Source: Eledone cirrhosa
Lineage: Eukaryota
NCBI GenBank assembly: GCA_964016885.1
Contig: OZ024760.1
Span: 15,252,001 to 15,316,000, forward strand
Reading direction: 5' to 3'
DNA length: 64,000 bases
The notes beneath the pieces were generated by a model. That model saw only the letters and a program-made list of their open reading frames with translations, searched no databases and had not been told where the DNA came from. Position numbers and translations under genes: made by a program. Position 1 is the first letter of the stretch. Each line of letters begins with the position of its first letter. Positions 42,002 to 54,205 of the stretch are shown here, piece by piece.

Positions 42002-42127
42002 GAAGTTATATTTAATTTGTTGGGATACAACAAGCAAATATTGAAGGAACAGAATAGCGGTCGCCATCGGGTCCTCGATTTTCAGCCCCATGGATTTTAT
42101 CTATTACATTCACGTATTATATTTCGA

Positions 42128-42185
42128 ATACCTGATGATATCACCGGATTCATACGGAACCCGGTCATTGAAATGATCATAGTAT
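42128..42185 (+). ncRNA. Minimal hammerhead
   Basis: AUAC-CUGAUGA-..ACCGG...CCGGU..-GAAA-U gauc A-UA-GUAU; palindromic stem III loop. Confidence 0.7.
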
Positions 42186-42572
42186 AATAAACCTTTCAAG
42201 GATTTACACAAATCCAGCCTCCTGTTATTTTATTATAATATTTAACTCCGTAATAGCACCACCAACTAAAAAAACTAAGACGGTTGAACTGCTTTACGTT
42301 GAGTACTCTCTATATTATTGCATTACGATTGACCATACGGAATAGACCAGCTCTATACAGTGGTGAACCTCAAACCTGAATAAATGAGTTTATTTTGATC
42401 ATGCCTTTATTTTTAAATTTTCTCATTCCTTGTATTTTGATCATGCTTTATTTTTATTTATTATATTTTTTGTCTTTATTTGTTAATTTTTCATTCGCAC
42501 CGTTTCCTTTCGCTATATGTCTCTCCACCACTCCCCTACACACCTTTTGAGCTCTGTTCCCACACACTTCTC

Positions 42573-42604
42573 ACCTGAAGAAGGGCTTATGCCCGAAACG
42601 TCGT
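42573..42604 (+). ncRNA. Ultra-minimal hammerhead (short stem I)
   Basis: CUGAAGA(A)-GGGC uuau GCCC-GAAA-CGUC; only ~2 bp of stem I remain. Confidence 0.6.
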
Positions 42605-42690
42605 CCCCCACCTACCCCCCACTCTCCTGAGCGTGAATTTAATAAACATTTATTGTACTGCCTCTCTGTTCTGTCCCTGTTCAATTTTTC

Positions 42691-42738
<48 letters not shown>

Positions 42739-42801
42739 TATCATCATCATCATCGTTTAATGGCTATCTTCCATGGTATATGTTTATGTGTATATATATA
42801 T

Positions 42802-42832
<31 letters not shown>

Positions 42833-43515
42833 CAGGTATATATGTATGTATATATATGTGTTTTTGAGTGTCTCTATATATATGTATATATATATATACA
42901 CACATATACATACATACACACATATATACATACACATATACATACATACACACATATATACATACACACATATACATACATACACACATATACATACACA
43001 CATATACATACATACACACACATATGTTCATCCTCAGACATTAATACATCTCTCCTCCTCTCTCCTCCTCTCTCCTTCCTTTACTAAGTCCAATAACATA
43101 ATGAGGCTGTGTTTATTGTCAACATAAAGAATGGTAGCCTCCCCCCCCCTCCTCCTCCTCCTCTCTCTATCTCGTCTCACCCTCTCCTCCCCCCTCTCTC
43201 ACCCCATCTCTCCTCTCTCTGCTCTCCTTCTTTCCTTCCTCTCTCTTCTCTCTCCTCCCTCTCCACCCCTCTCCTCATCTCCCCCTCTCCATTCCCCATC
43301 CTCTCTCTCTCTCTCCACTCTCTCTCTCTCTGTCTCCACTCTCTCTCTCTCTGTCTCCACTCTCTCTCTCTCTCTGTCTCCACTCTCTCTCTCTCTGTCT
43401 CCACTCTCTCTCTCCACTCTCTCTCTTTCTCTCTCTCCACTCTCTCTCTTTCTCTCTCTCCACTCTCTCTCTTTCTCTCTCTCTCTCTCCTCTCTCTCTC
43501 TCCACTCTCTCTCTT

Positions 43516-43554
<39 letters not shown>

Positions 43555-43911
43555 CACACTCTATCTCTCTATCTCTCTCTATATACCTATATATATATAT
43601 ATATATACATATATATCTATATCTATATATATGTATGTATGTCAGTGTGACTACTGTAAGTATTATAAGGCATGTTTGTATAATGTTTGCCTTCTAAGAC
43701 ATTTATAGACACACACGTACATATATACACATACATACACTCACACATCTCTATATATATATGTGGTGTGTGTGTGTGTGTGTGTGCTTGGTTAACATGT
43801 CTGATTAGAAGATTGGGCTGGAATCGGTTCTATACCATTACCACGGATCCTGAGCCACCCATCTCTAGTTCATATAGTTCATTATGTATATATATACATA
43901 TATATATATAT

Positions 43912-43943
<32 letters not shown>

Positions 43944-44073
43944 GTATACATACATATATATATATACACACATATATGTATATGTATATATATATGTATA
44001 TATATATATGTATATATGTATATGTATGTATGTATATATATATATATGTATATATATGTATATGTATATATGA

Positions 44074-44465
44074 GGCACATGGCTTAGTGGTTAGAGCATT
44101 GGGCTTGCACTCGAAAAGTTGTGAGTTCAATTCTCAGACCGGGTGATGTGTTGTTTCCTTGAGCAAGACACTTTATTTCACATTGCTCCAGTTTACTCAG
44201 CTGTAGAAATGAGATGATAGGGACTGGAGTCCCTATTATTCCATTGCAAAGTGGTCGTGGAGGTGCCACGGCAAAAAAAAGCACCCACAACTCACTGTAA
44301 ATGTGGTTGGTGTTAGGAAGGGCATCCAGTCGTAGAAAACCTGCCAGACAGTCCTATATGAGTGAGACACGGTCACCAGACCAGCCTTGCCTCAAATGGG
44401 ACAACTCTCGTCTAACCCATGCTAGCGTGGAAAATGGACGTTAAACGAAGATGATGATGATGATG
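44074..44465 (+). mobile_element. tRNA-derived SINE family 2 (CORE-like), representative copy
   Basis: GGCACATGGCTTAGTGGTTAGAGC box A, GAGTTCAATTC box B, CCTTGAGCAAGACACTT CORE-like block, (GAT)n tail. Copies at 6436-6600, 33040-33405(-), 36570-36860, 39320-39535, 46064-46400. Confidence 0.8.
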
Positions 44466-44471
44466 ATATAT

Positions 44472-44519
<48 letters not shown>

Positions 44520-44524
44520 TCATC

Positions 44525-45080
44525 ATTTTACGTCCGTTCTTCCATGCTAGCATGGGTTAGACGGGTTGTCCTGTTGTGGGCAGTGTCTGGTCGGCTGACC
44601 ATGCCTTGCTCATACAGGAACTGATCTGGCTTGATTTCTACAGCTGGATGCCGTTCCTAACACCAACCTCATTTACAGTGAGTGCTGGGTGCTTTTTTGC
44701 CGTGGCACCTCCACGACCACCTTGCAGTGGGAGGGTGTGGGGGAATATTGTCTATATGCTTCAGCTTGTACCCATGGGAGGTCGGGTACTCTGTATTACT
44801 GCGTGACGCCAGAGGTTACGGTCGTGTGTCATCGCCTTTGAGAGGTGTAATTGGGTAAGGTCGGCTTTTATCACCTCATCCAAGGTCTTCTTGGGTCTCC
44901 CCACTCCGCGGTTTGCATCGACTTCTAGTGCTCTGCACCTTTTTATGCAGCTGTCATCCTTCATACGCATCACATGTCCATACCAACGCAACCGCCTCTC
45001 CTGCACACAGCATTTGATTCCTTTTATGCTCAGTCTCTCTCTCAATTCATTTATGCTTTGTCGTTCGCGTATATTACTAT
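44525..45080 (-). mobile_element. Shorter copy of the same RTE LINE 3' end
   Basis: [27 protein letters not shown]...GRPKKT; highly similar to 46835-47450. Confidence 0.85.
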
Positions 45081-45109
45081 TACATTATATATATATACAT
45101 ATATATACC

Positions 45110-45146
<37 letters not shown>

Positions 45147-45189
45147 TATATATATACACATATATATATATATATATATAAATGAAAAG

Positions 45190-45221
<32 letters not shown>

Positions 45222-45228
45222 TATATAT

Positions 45229-45329
<101 letters not shown>

Positions 45330-45368
45330 CACACATATATATATATATACACATATATATATATATAT

Positions 45369-45463
<95 letters not shown>

Positions 45464-46546
45464 TCCAACCCTTGTAGCTGTTAAAAGATGCTGCTGCTGA
45501 TGATGTTTTCTCATTGTATCTCATTTCTTTTGATCTACTTAATTTTGCCAGTTGACACCATATGCACTATCTCACTGCACAATAGATTGCATTAGTTGTC
45601 TTGTGCATTGTTGCACTGCACCAGACTGTCTAGGTAGTAGTAGTAGTAGTAGTACTACTACTACTACTACATATACATTTAATATAGTTTTCATAACATG
45701 CAAACAGATGCTTTTATAAAATGTATTTAATTATCATAAGAAAAAAATGGCAGTTAAAGAGAACAGACAGAGTTTTAAATACATACAACATGCGTACAAG
45801 TATTTTGAGACCATCTTCTCTGCTAATGCAGGAGTTGTCCCAGTGGGCCGCACGATAAGACTTTTGTATCGGCCATTGCCTTTCCCTTGGACATCATCGG
45901 TAGCGTGGAGAAGGGAGGCTGGTATGTATGGACTCCTGTTGGTCTTCCACAAACAACCTTGCCCAGACTTCAGCCTCGGAGGGAAACTTTCTAGATGCAA
46001 ATCCCATTGTCATTTGTGACCAAAGGGGGTCTTTGCCTTATATATATATATATATATATTGTGGAGGCACATGGCTTAGTGGTTAGAGCATTGGCCTTGC
46101 AATCGCAAGGTTGTGAGTTCAATTCTCAGCCTGGGTGATGTGTTGTTTCCTTGAGCAAGACACTTTATTTCACATTGCTCCAGTTTACTCAGCTGTAGAA
46201 ATAGGTGATAGGGACTGGGGTCCCTATCGTTCCACTGCAAAGTGGTCGTGGAGGTGCCACGGCAAAAAAGCACCCAGCACTCACTGTAAATGAGGTTGGT
46301 GTTAGGAAGGGCATCCAGCTGTAGAAATCAAGCCAAAATCAGTTCCCGTCCCACCCTTGCAAGCAGGGAAAAGCGGACGTAAAATGAAATGATGATGAAA
46401 TGATATATATATATATTTTTATAATTTTTTTTTATAATTTTTTATAATTCTTCGGCTCTGTTTAATTACATTGAGCTAAATCTTATACTGTCATTTCTAT
46501 AATATGAAGAGTGTGTTTAACTCCAACACACTCTAGTATTTCAATT

Positions 46547-46597
<51 letters not shown>

Positions 46598-46778
46598 GTG
46601 GTTACACAACAGTTAGTTCACCATACCGAGAACAATTGTTTCACCTTAGCAGATCCTCAGAATATATATATATATATATATATGCTCACAATGCCCAGGT
46701 CTCACTCCCATGCAATATTGCTGTTCATATACAGGCATCATACAATCTGCGTTTTATGTATATATATATATATATATA

Positions 46779-46817
<39 letters not shown>

Positions 46818-46834
46818 TCATCATCATCATCATC

Positions 46835-47750
46835 ACCGTTTTACGTCCGTTCTTCCACGCTAGCATGGGTTAGACGGGTTGTCCTGTTGTGGGCAGTGTC
46901 TGGTCGGCTGACCATGCCTTGCTCATACAGGAACTGATCTGGCTTGATTTCTACAGCTGGATGCCCTTCCTAACACCAACCTCATTTACAGTGAGTGCTG
47001 GGTGCTTTTTCGTGGCGCCTACACGTCCACTTTACAGTGTGGGCTGGGTGCTTTTTTGCCGTGGCACCTCCACGACCACCTTGCGGTGGGGGGGGGGGGG
47101 GGGGGGGGGCATATTGTTTATATGCTTCAGCATGTACCCATGGGAGGTCGGGTACCCTGTATTACTGCGTGACGCCAGAAGTCACGGTCGTGTGTCATTG
47201 ACTTTGAGAGGTGTAGTTGGGTAAGGTCGGCTTTTATCACCTCATCCCAAGTCATCTTGGGTCTCCCCACTCCGCGGTTTCCATCAACTTCTAGTGCTCT
47301 GCACCTTTTTATGCAGCTGTCATCCTTCATACGCATCACATGTCCATACCAGCGTAACCGCCTCTCCTGCACGCAGCATTTGATTCCTCTTATGCTCAGT
47401 CTCTCTCTCAATTCATTTATGCTTTGTCGTTCACGTATATTACTGTTACACATCCATCGGAGCATGCAGGCTTCGTTTCTCTCTAATCTACGTAAGTCTT
47501 CCACCTTCAGCGCCCAGGTCTCACTACCATGCAACATCGCTGTTCGGATACACGCATCATACAGTCTGCCTTTCATTCTGAGGGAGAAGCCTTTTGCAGC
47601 TAGCAGTGGTAGTAGTTCCCTAAACTTCTTCCATCCCGTTCTTACCCTAGTTATTGTACTTTCTGAGCACCCACCTCCGTTGCTAATTCGGTCACCTAGG
47701 TAGCAGAAGCTGTCTACTGTTTCTACAGGGCCCTCCCAGAGATTGGTGGT
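46835..47750 (-). mobile_element. RTE-clade LINE 3' fragment
   Basis: VETVDSFCYLGD...GWKKFRELL...KGRLYDACIRTAMLHGSETW...[12 protein letters not shown]...GRPKMTW. Its 3' UTR is shared with SINE family 2. Confidence 0.88.
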
Positions 47751-47779
47751 ACTTGTTTCCTGTGGCTGTTTGCTTGCTG

Positions 47780-47840
<61 letters not shown>

Positions 47841-47867
47841 TATTTACATCATCATCATCATCATCAT

Positions 47868-47910
<43 letters not shown>

Positions 47911-48865
47911 ATGAAATGATGATGAATATATATGTTTTCTTTTATTTATCATTCTCTCTTCTGATGGAGGACTAGTATCCAAAACGTTAAGACTCTTTTC
48001 TTTCTATCTCAAGTGTTAAACTACTATATACAAACAACCTTACCTGGACTTGTACCTTGGAGGGGGAACTTTCTAGGTGCAAATCCCAGGTCATTCGTGA
48101 CTGAAGGGGGTCTTTACCAATATTATTATAATATTTGTTTCTACTGTTGGTACAAGGCCAGAAATTGGCCCATTGCATTACTGGTACTTTGTTTTATTGA
48201 CCCCGTAAGGATGAAAGGCAAAGCCAACCTTAGCGGGATTTGAACAAAGAACATAAAGAACTATAACTCTGTGCTGCAAAGCATGGCATCCGACACTCTA
48301 CCAATACTGCCAATCTACAGCAATCTTTTTAATAATAATTGTTTCTACTTTTGGCACAAGGCCAGCAATTACCCAGTACATTACTGGTACTTTATTTTAT
48401 CGACCCCGTAAGAGAGAACGGCAAAGTTAACCTCGGCGGAATTTGAACTCAGAATGGCAAGGGACGTAACTATGATGCAAAGAATGTTGTCTGATGTTCT
48501 GCCAATACTGACAATCCACCATCCTTTTTAATATCAATAATGATGATAATGAAAATTATTGTGTACAGTGCTCAGGTGCACTACTACTCAACAAAGGTGC
48601 ATGTATAGTACATAGAATATTGTACAAATGTCAGGAAAGTAAACAGTGTATGAGTCATGATATATATGATATATACACCGACATACACACACATGCGTGT
48701 ATGTGTATGGAGGGGGAATATCAGGTGTAGTGTTGGCGAAGGAGGCACTCTTTTTTGTGGGGAATATCTTATCCAAGAAGCAGAAGGAAGGGAAATGACA
48801 TTTCTGCTTTTAAAAAGAAAACAAAGTTTTGCTTATGTGGTTTACTTTTTTCTTTATTTCTTCAG

Positions 48866-48963
48866 ACATCAAGGGACCAAAGCGGTGGCCGCACACAATA
48901 TTTGGTAATTTGGACCAGGAGAATGTGACACAGCGGATGAAATTTCTTGACAATTATTTGAAG
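48866..48963 (+). CDS. SNX19: SNX19-like exon (PX domain)
   Basis: TTCTTCAG acceptor; G+AC=D joins in phase to DIKGPKRWPHTIFGNLDQENVTQRMKFLDNYLK; AAG|GTAAGG donor. Resembles SNX19 xKGPKK..FGNMD...R..LLE.FLK as I recall it. Confidence 0.92.
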
Positions 48964-49181
48964 GTAAGGTCTGAGATACAGATATATATATATATAGTGG
49001 TTCACCACTGGATAGAACTAGTCATTCCGTTTAGCTAATTATGATGTAATAGCAGAAAAGCATTCTACGTTCCGCAACTCATCCAATGTTTATGTTGAAT
49101 CCTTCCTTCTTATATTCCCAAATCTATCTCATTCTTCGTTTCTTCTCATCATTGTTTGTTTCTTCTTTCTATTTCATCCAG

Positions 49182-49307
49182 AACTTAATCAAGAAAGAAA
49201 CCATCAGTAACGGGTCTGAGTTAAGGGAGTTCCTCGCTTACGAGGGAGACGCACACATCGCCTACGTGAGGCGGACACGAGAGATCAGTATGCCACGTAT
49301 TGATAAA
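49182..49307 (+). CDS. SNX19: SNX19-like exon (PX domain end)
   Basis: CAG|NLIKKETISNGSELREFLAYEGDAHIAYVRRTREISMPRIDK|GTAAGT. Matches the SNX19-type EFLA...DA.IA.V....RIDK motif. Confidence 0.92.
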
Positions 49308-49394
49308 GTAAGTCACACACTTCCATCAGACAAATTTCTTTTTCATTTAGTCATAGAACAGCAAGGTATCTTGGGAGCAGATGTGGGCCTCATA

Positions 49395-49995
49395 AGTCAC
49401 AGGAAAAGCAATCTGTCTAGGAGGCCAGTAACTCTAAATATATATAGTTATATTGAGCAGACATGGAGTCTTGTAAACCGTGGGGAAGGCAGCTCGTCTT
49501 GGAGAGTAGCAACTTTGAATAAATATAACTGTACGGAATTGACGGGGACTCTGTTAGCCGTGGGAAAACAGCTCGTCTAAGAGGGCAGTCACTTCAAATA
49601 AATATAACTGTACTGGGTAGACATATAATAAATATAACTGTACGCTTTAAGCCATGGGAAAGGCAACCCACGTAGGAGAGCAGTCACTCCAAATATATAT
49701 AACTGTATACAGTAGACGTGGATTCTATGAGCTGCAGGAAAGGCAACCTGTCTTGGAGAGCAGTTGCTCCAAATATATAGGACTGCATGTGGTAGATGTG
49801 GATTTTGTGGGCTGCAGGAAAGGTAACCCACGTAGGAGAGCAGTCACACCAAATATATATATAGCTGTATACAGTAGACGTGGATTCTGTGAGCTGCAGG
49901 AAAGGCAACTTATCTAGGAGAGCAGTCACTCCAAATATATAGGATTACATGTAGTAGACGTGGGCTCCATAAGTCATAGCAAAGGCAAACTGTGT
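49395..49995. repeat. ~80-bp intronic minisatellite
   Basis: GGAAAGGCAAC...TAGGAGAGCAGTCACTCCAAATATAT...GTAGACGTGG recurs ~7 times. Confidence 0.85.
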
Positions 49996-50330
49996 AGAAC
50001 AGAACTTCTAATTTTAAAAAAAATCATTCTCCGTAATCTTTGAAACGAAATAAAGAATAATTTTAGTAAATCCCTCAAAATTCATTAATTAATTGAAATA
50101 GGATATTTCATTAGAAATATTAAGTTAGTAATGAGATAATTAATAATTTTTGTAATTACCTCCAAATTCATTAAGTCATTGAATCTGTGGATATATGTCA
50201 TTAGAAATACAGTCACGAAAGGATTAATAATGAAATAATTAATAACTTTAGTAAATCTCTTCAATTTCTTCATTAACTAATTGTTCTGTTACAGTGTAGT
50301 TCATTAAATGTACAATAATGAAAGGGGTAG

Positions 50331-50370
<40 letters not shown>

Positions 50371-50662
50371 ATACTACTACTACTACTAATACTAACACTA
50401 CTACCACTACTACCACTAACACTACTACTGCTACTACTACTACTACTACTAACACTACTACTACTACCAACACTAGTACTACTACTGCTTTCCTTTTTCT
50501 TCTTCTTTGCCTCCTCCTCCTCCTCCTCCTCCTCCCAGAGAGGGTCGTTGGGGTTGAGTCGTCAAACACACCTTCCAGCAGGTCCTGTCAGAAGCCACTA
50601 TCCCCAATTGATCCAGTTTCATTCCCAAGCGTTAAACTTAACTTCCATAATTATTCCAGCAG

Positions 50663-50869
50663 GCATTTGTGAAAACGGTATCCGGTGTCCTTGATCGGAT
50701 AGCTACAACAGTTCTTCCAAGGGGTCTGTCACAAGACAAGACTTCCCCATCTGGATTCAACCCTAACCGAAAAGATTCCATGTCTCCCAACAAACCCACA
50801 GAAGAAGAAGTCAAAATTATTGAAGACTCCGATCAAATCCTAGTTGATACAGACATTCCAAATTATGAG
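50663..50869 (+). CDS. SNX19: SNX19-like exon
   Basis: CAGCAG tandem acceptor; AFVKTVSGVLDRIATTVLPRG...DIPNYE; GAG|GTAAGC donor; phase 0/0. Confidence 0.85.
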
Positions 50870-50979
50870 GTAAGCTCTCCTTCCAACACCTCTCCCATTT
50901 CTTCTGCATGTTTGTCTGTATGTCTGCTTGTAACAGTAAGAAGAATTGGTGCTGTTATTGTAGTTGTTGTTGTATTGTT

Positions 50980-51450
50980 TCATTCATAACAGTCAAAAAA
51001 TGGTTCACTGATAATAGCCTCATCTCCTGGGTTCATGAAGTCATTTATACAGCAATATAAAGCACCATAGCCTCCAACAGTGATTAGTATTTCTTTAAAT
51101 GGATCCAATGTATGACCCATTATTGGAGAATATACTTTAGACAATGATTCAACCAATTGAGGATGTCCAAATCCTTGAGCATATTGGTGCAGTAAATGTT
51201 TCTTGGTTTTAGCAGCTTCTACCATAGCATCCATAGTATGTTGTGGAGGTTTAAAGTCTTGAAAACCCTCCCCAAGGTTGACAGCTTTATAGTCTGCAGC
51301 CAATTTGCTCATTTCCACCCAGACATTTTTTTCACAACCATCGTACTTTTTGGCTAACGTTTCCTCTACTGGATGACACCTTGGAGAAGTATCTTCTACT
51401 ATAGCTTCAAGTTGAACAATGCTTTGTGAAGGAATTTTAGTAGTCAGAAA
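50980..51450 (-). pseudogene. KYAT: Kynurenine aminotransferase (KYAT1/KYAT3, class I/II aminotransferase) N-terminal fragment, probably a retrocopy
   Basis: Uninterrupted frame LAKKYDGCEKNVWVEMSKLAADYKAVNLGEGFQDF...HQYAQGFGHPQLV...EILITVGGYGALYCCI...PGDEAIISEPFFDCYE*. It stops abruptly and is followed by a CAA-rich tract. The conserved NLGQGFPD is altered to NLGEGFQD. Confidence 0.8.
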
Positions 51451-51487
51451 CTATGTGGAAGCCCGTTGTATATTTATGTGTGTCATG

Positions 51488-51793
51488 TTTCCGTACCCAC
51501 CCTACTCGCCAGATTTAGCTCCTGCAGACTTCTTCCTTTTCCCGAAGATGAGAATCAAGCTCAAAGGTTGCAATTTAACATTGTTAATGAGATCCAGCAC
51601 AAATTGCAGAAGGTTCCCAACAAGCTTGCAAAAGATGACTTCTGGGCCGTATTCCATGAGTGGCAGAAATGGTGGGGTCAGTGAATTGCTGTGCAAAGGG
51701 ACTATTTCAAAGGAGATGGTGTTTAAAATTATGTAAATAAAGTCCTTTTTCAAATAAAGGGCTAGTCTGGAAACTTTTTGACTTACCCTTGTA
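51488..51793 (+). mobile_element. Mariner 3' remnant with TIR
   Basis: PYSPDLAPADFFLFPKM.IKLKG motif, followed by a TIR-like end GGAAACTTTTTGACTTACCCTTG-TA. Confidence 0.8.
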
Positions 51794-52126
51794 TATTGTT
51801 ATATATAATTAACCCTTTAGTATTTACATTACTCTATATTTACTATTGTATTTTCATGTTAAAGGCTTTATCTTACATAATATCAAATCTATGAGATTTT
51901 GATATTATATATTTTGAGAACATCAGTATAAGTGGTCAGTTATGGCCAGTTTGAACAGAAAGAGGTGAGAGAATTCTGGCTGGATATGGCCAGTTTAAAT
52001 GCTAAAGGGTTAAACTTATGTAAATAAGTCCATTTTTTTAAATAAAGAGCTAGTCCGGAAATGTTTGACTTATCCTCGTATAATTAATTAATTTCTTGTT
52101 TATAACGTATATGTTTTGTTATTCAG

Positions 52127-52550
52127 AGCTGGTTCCGAGTGGTGGAAGCTAATGTCAACAAACACATACAAAGCTTAAAGTGCCGTCATGAGTCATCAAC
52201 AGAAGTGACCAATCAGAGCTCTTCGCCGCACAGCAGTCCAACCTCAACCAATCAGCGCTGTTCTTTGCACACTCCAACTTCGACCAATCAGAGCTGTTCG
52301 TCGGCTAATTTGATGTCAGCTGACCAGAACATTTCCTCAAACAGTCTGCAGACAACCAATGTGAGCTCTTCCTTACACAGCCTGTCTTTGACCAATGACA
52401 GTTGTTCCCTGCCTTGTTCTACTTCGACCAATGAGAACAATCCTTCATCTTTATGCACTCCGCCAAGTACCAAAGCTGCAGAAGATGAGACCGATGTTTT
52501 CCAATCGCAACTTAAAGATCAAGAAAGCGACCTCTTAAACTCAGTCAAAA
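52127..52550 (+). CDS. SNX19: SNX19-like exon (Ser/Thr-rich linker)
   Basis: TTATTCAG acceptor; open frame SWFRVVEANVNKH...LLNSVK; A|GTAAGC donor is phase 1, matching the next exon. Confidence 0.8.
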
Positions 52551-53412
52551 GTAAGCAAGCATTCATGGGTACATATGATTTCTTTTCTTCAGGTGATGTT
52601 AGTGGAAAGAAGCTGCAGTAGAGGAAGACCATGGAAAACCTGGGCAGAGGAGGTTAGTCCTCATCTCAAAATGCTGAACCTCACAAATGAGATGATGAAG
52701 GAATGCTATGAGTAGAGAGAGGTTGTGTTGTAAAGGACCCATCAAACCTATGCGAACATGGAGAAGTAGACATTAAATGATGATGATGATAATGTTTCTC
52801 TGTGAGCAAAGCTGCAGAGAAAGCCACCAGAGTTCTTTGGATAAAAATGAACTACTCTGTGGCTTGTTATATTGATATAACCGACTTTCCCCTCCCCCAA
52901 AATTACTGGCCTTGTGCTTATAGTAAAAACCCACCGAGGTTAACTTTGCTTTTCATCCTTACGGGGTTGATAAAATAAAGTACCAGTAATGTACTGGGTA
53001 ATTGCTGGCCTTGTGCCTAAAAATAGAAACAATTATTATTATTATTATTTGCAGCATCGAGTTATGACCCTTTACGTTCTGAGTTCAAATCCTGCCGAGA
53101 TTAACTTTGCCTTTCATCCTTACGGGGTTAATAAAATAAAGTACCAGTAATGTACTGGGGTAATTGCTGGCCTTGTGCCAAAAGTAGAAACTATTATTAT
53201 TATTATTGAGGGCAGTAACGGTAGACTGTTGGACGCCATACTTTGCAGCATAGAGTTACGGCCCTTTATGATCTGAGTTCAAATCCCACCGAGGTTAACT
53301 TTGCCTTTCATCTTTATGGGGTCAATAAAATAAAGTACCAGTCACGCACTGGGGTCGGTTTAATTGACTTTCCCCACCCCCAAAATTGCTGGCCTTGTGC
53401 CTATATAAGAAA

Positions 53413-53444
<32 letters not shown>

Positions 53445-53451
53445 TGCACAG

Positions 53452-53590
53452 TTGAGATGAAGACCAACCTAGTTTTGACGTCTGCCATTCTGGACCTGGC
53501 AGTGCAGGCCCTACAGGGTTGTGACAGTTGGTTGAACAAGGAAGCTGCTTGTGAAATGTTTGCAATTGTTAGTGGCACTGTTTTGAACAA
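53452..53590 (+). CDS. SNX19: SNX19-like exon (Nexin_C start)
   Basis: GCACAG acceptor; IEMKTNLVLTSAILDLAVQALQGCDSWLNKEAACEMFAIVSGTVLNK; AA|GTAAGT donor (phase 2). Confidence 0.85.
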
Positions 53591-53744
53591 GTAAGTGCTG
53601 ATTAGCAACACAGTTGTTGCCTTCATATTGCTTGGACATTGCCTTTGTTGCTTGTACATTGCCTTTGTTGCTTGTACATTGCCTTTGTTCCACATTGACT
53701 GTTTTAACATATCCCATATGTTACAATTATATTGCACACTCATT

Positions 53745-54205
53745 GCCATAACATTGCTGTCAAGTTGCCATCACATTGCCACCAAATTGCTCTTACATCA
53801 TTGCCACCAAATTGCTCTCACATTGCCACTACATTGCTCTCACATTGCCACTACATTGCTCTCACATTGCCACAACATTGTTGCTACATTGCTCTCACAT
53901 TGCCACCACATTGTTGCTACATTGCTCTCACATTGCCATTACGTTGCTCTCATATTGCCATCACATTGCTCTCATATTGCCATCACATTGCTCTCACATT
54001 GCCACCACATTGTTGCTACATTGCTCTCACATTGCCATCACGTTGCTCTCATATTGCCATCACATTGCTCTCACATTGCCACGACTTTGTTACTACATTA
54101 CTCTAACATTGCCATCACATTGCTCCCACATTGCTCTTATATATCTCTCACATTGCCCACATATTACATCATGCTGCTGTCACATGGTCCACACATTGCC
54201 ACCAC
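53745..54205. repeat. CACATTGC-based short-period satellite
   Basis: Alternating CACATTGCC/CACATTGCTCT units. A TTTTGAGTGAAAC-containing repeat follows at ~54260-54600. Confidence 0.9.

Noticed and set aside
52551-52621. ORF extension to a stop at 52621
   Set aside because: A strong GTAAGC donor at 52551 in the correct phase explains the structure; the extension is intronic read-through.
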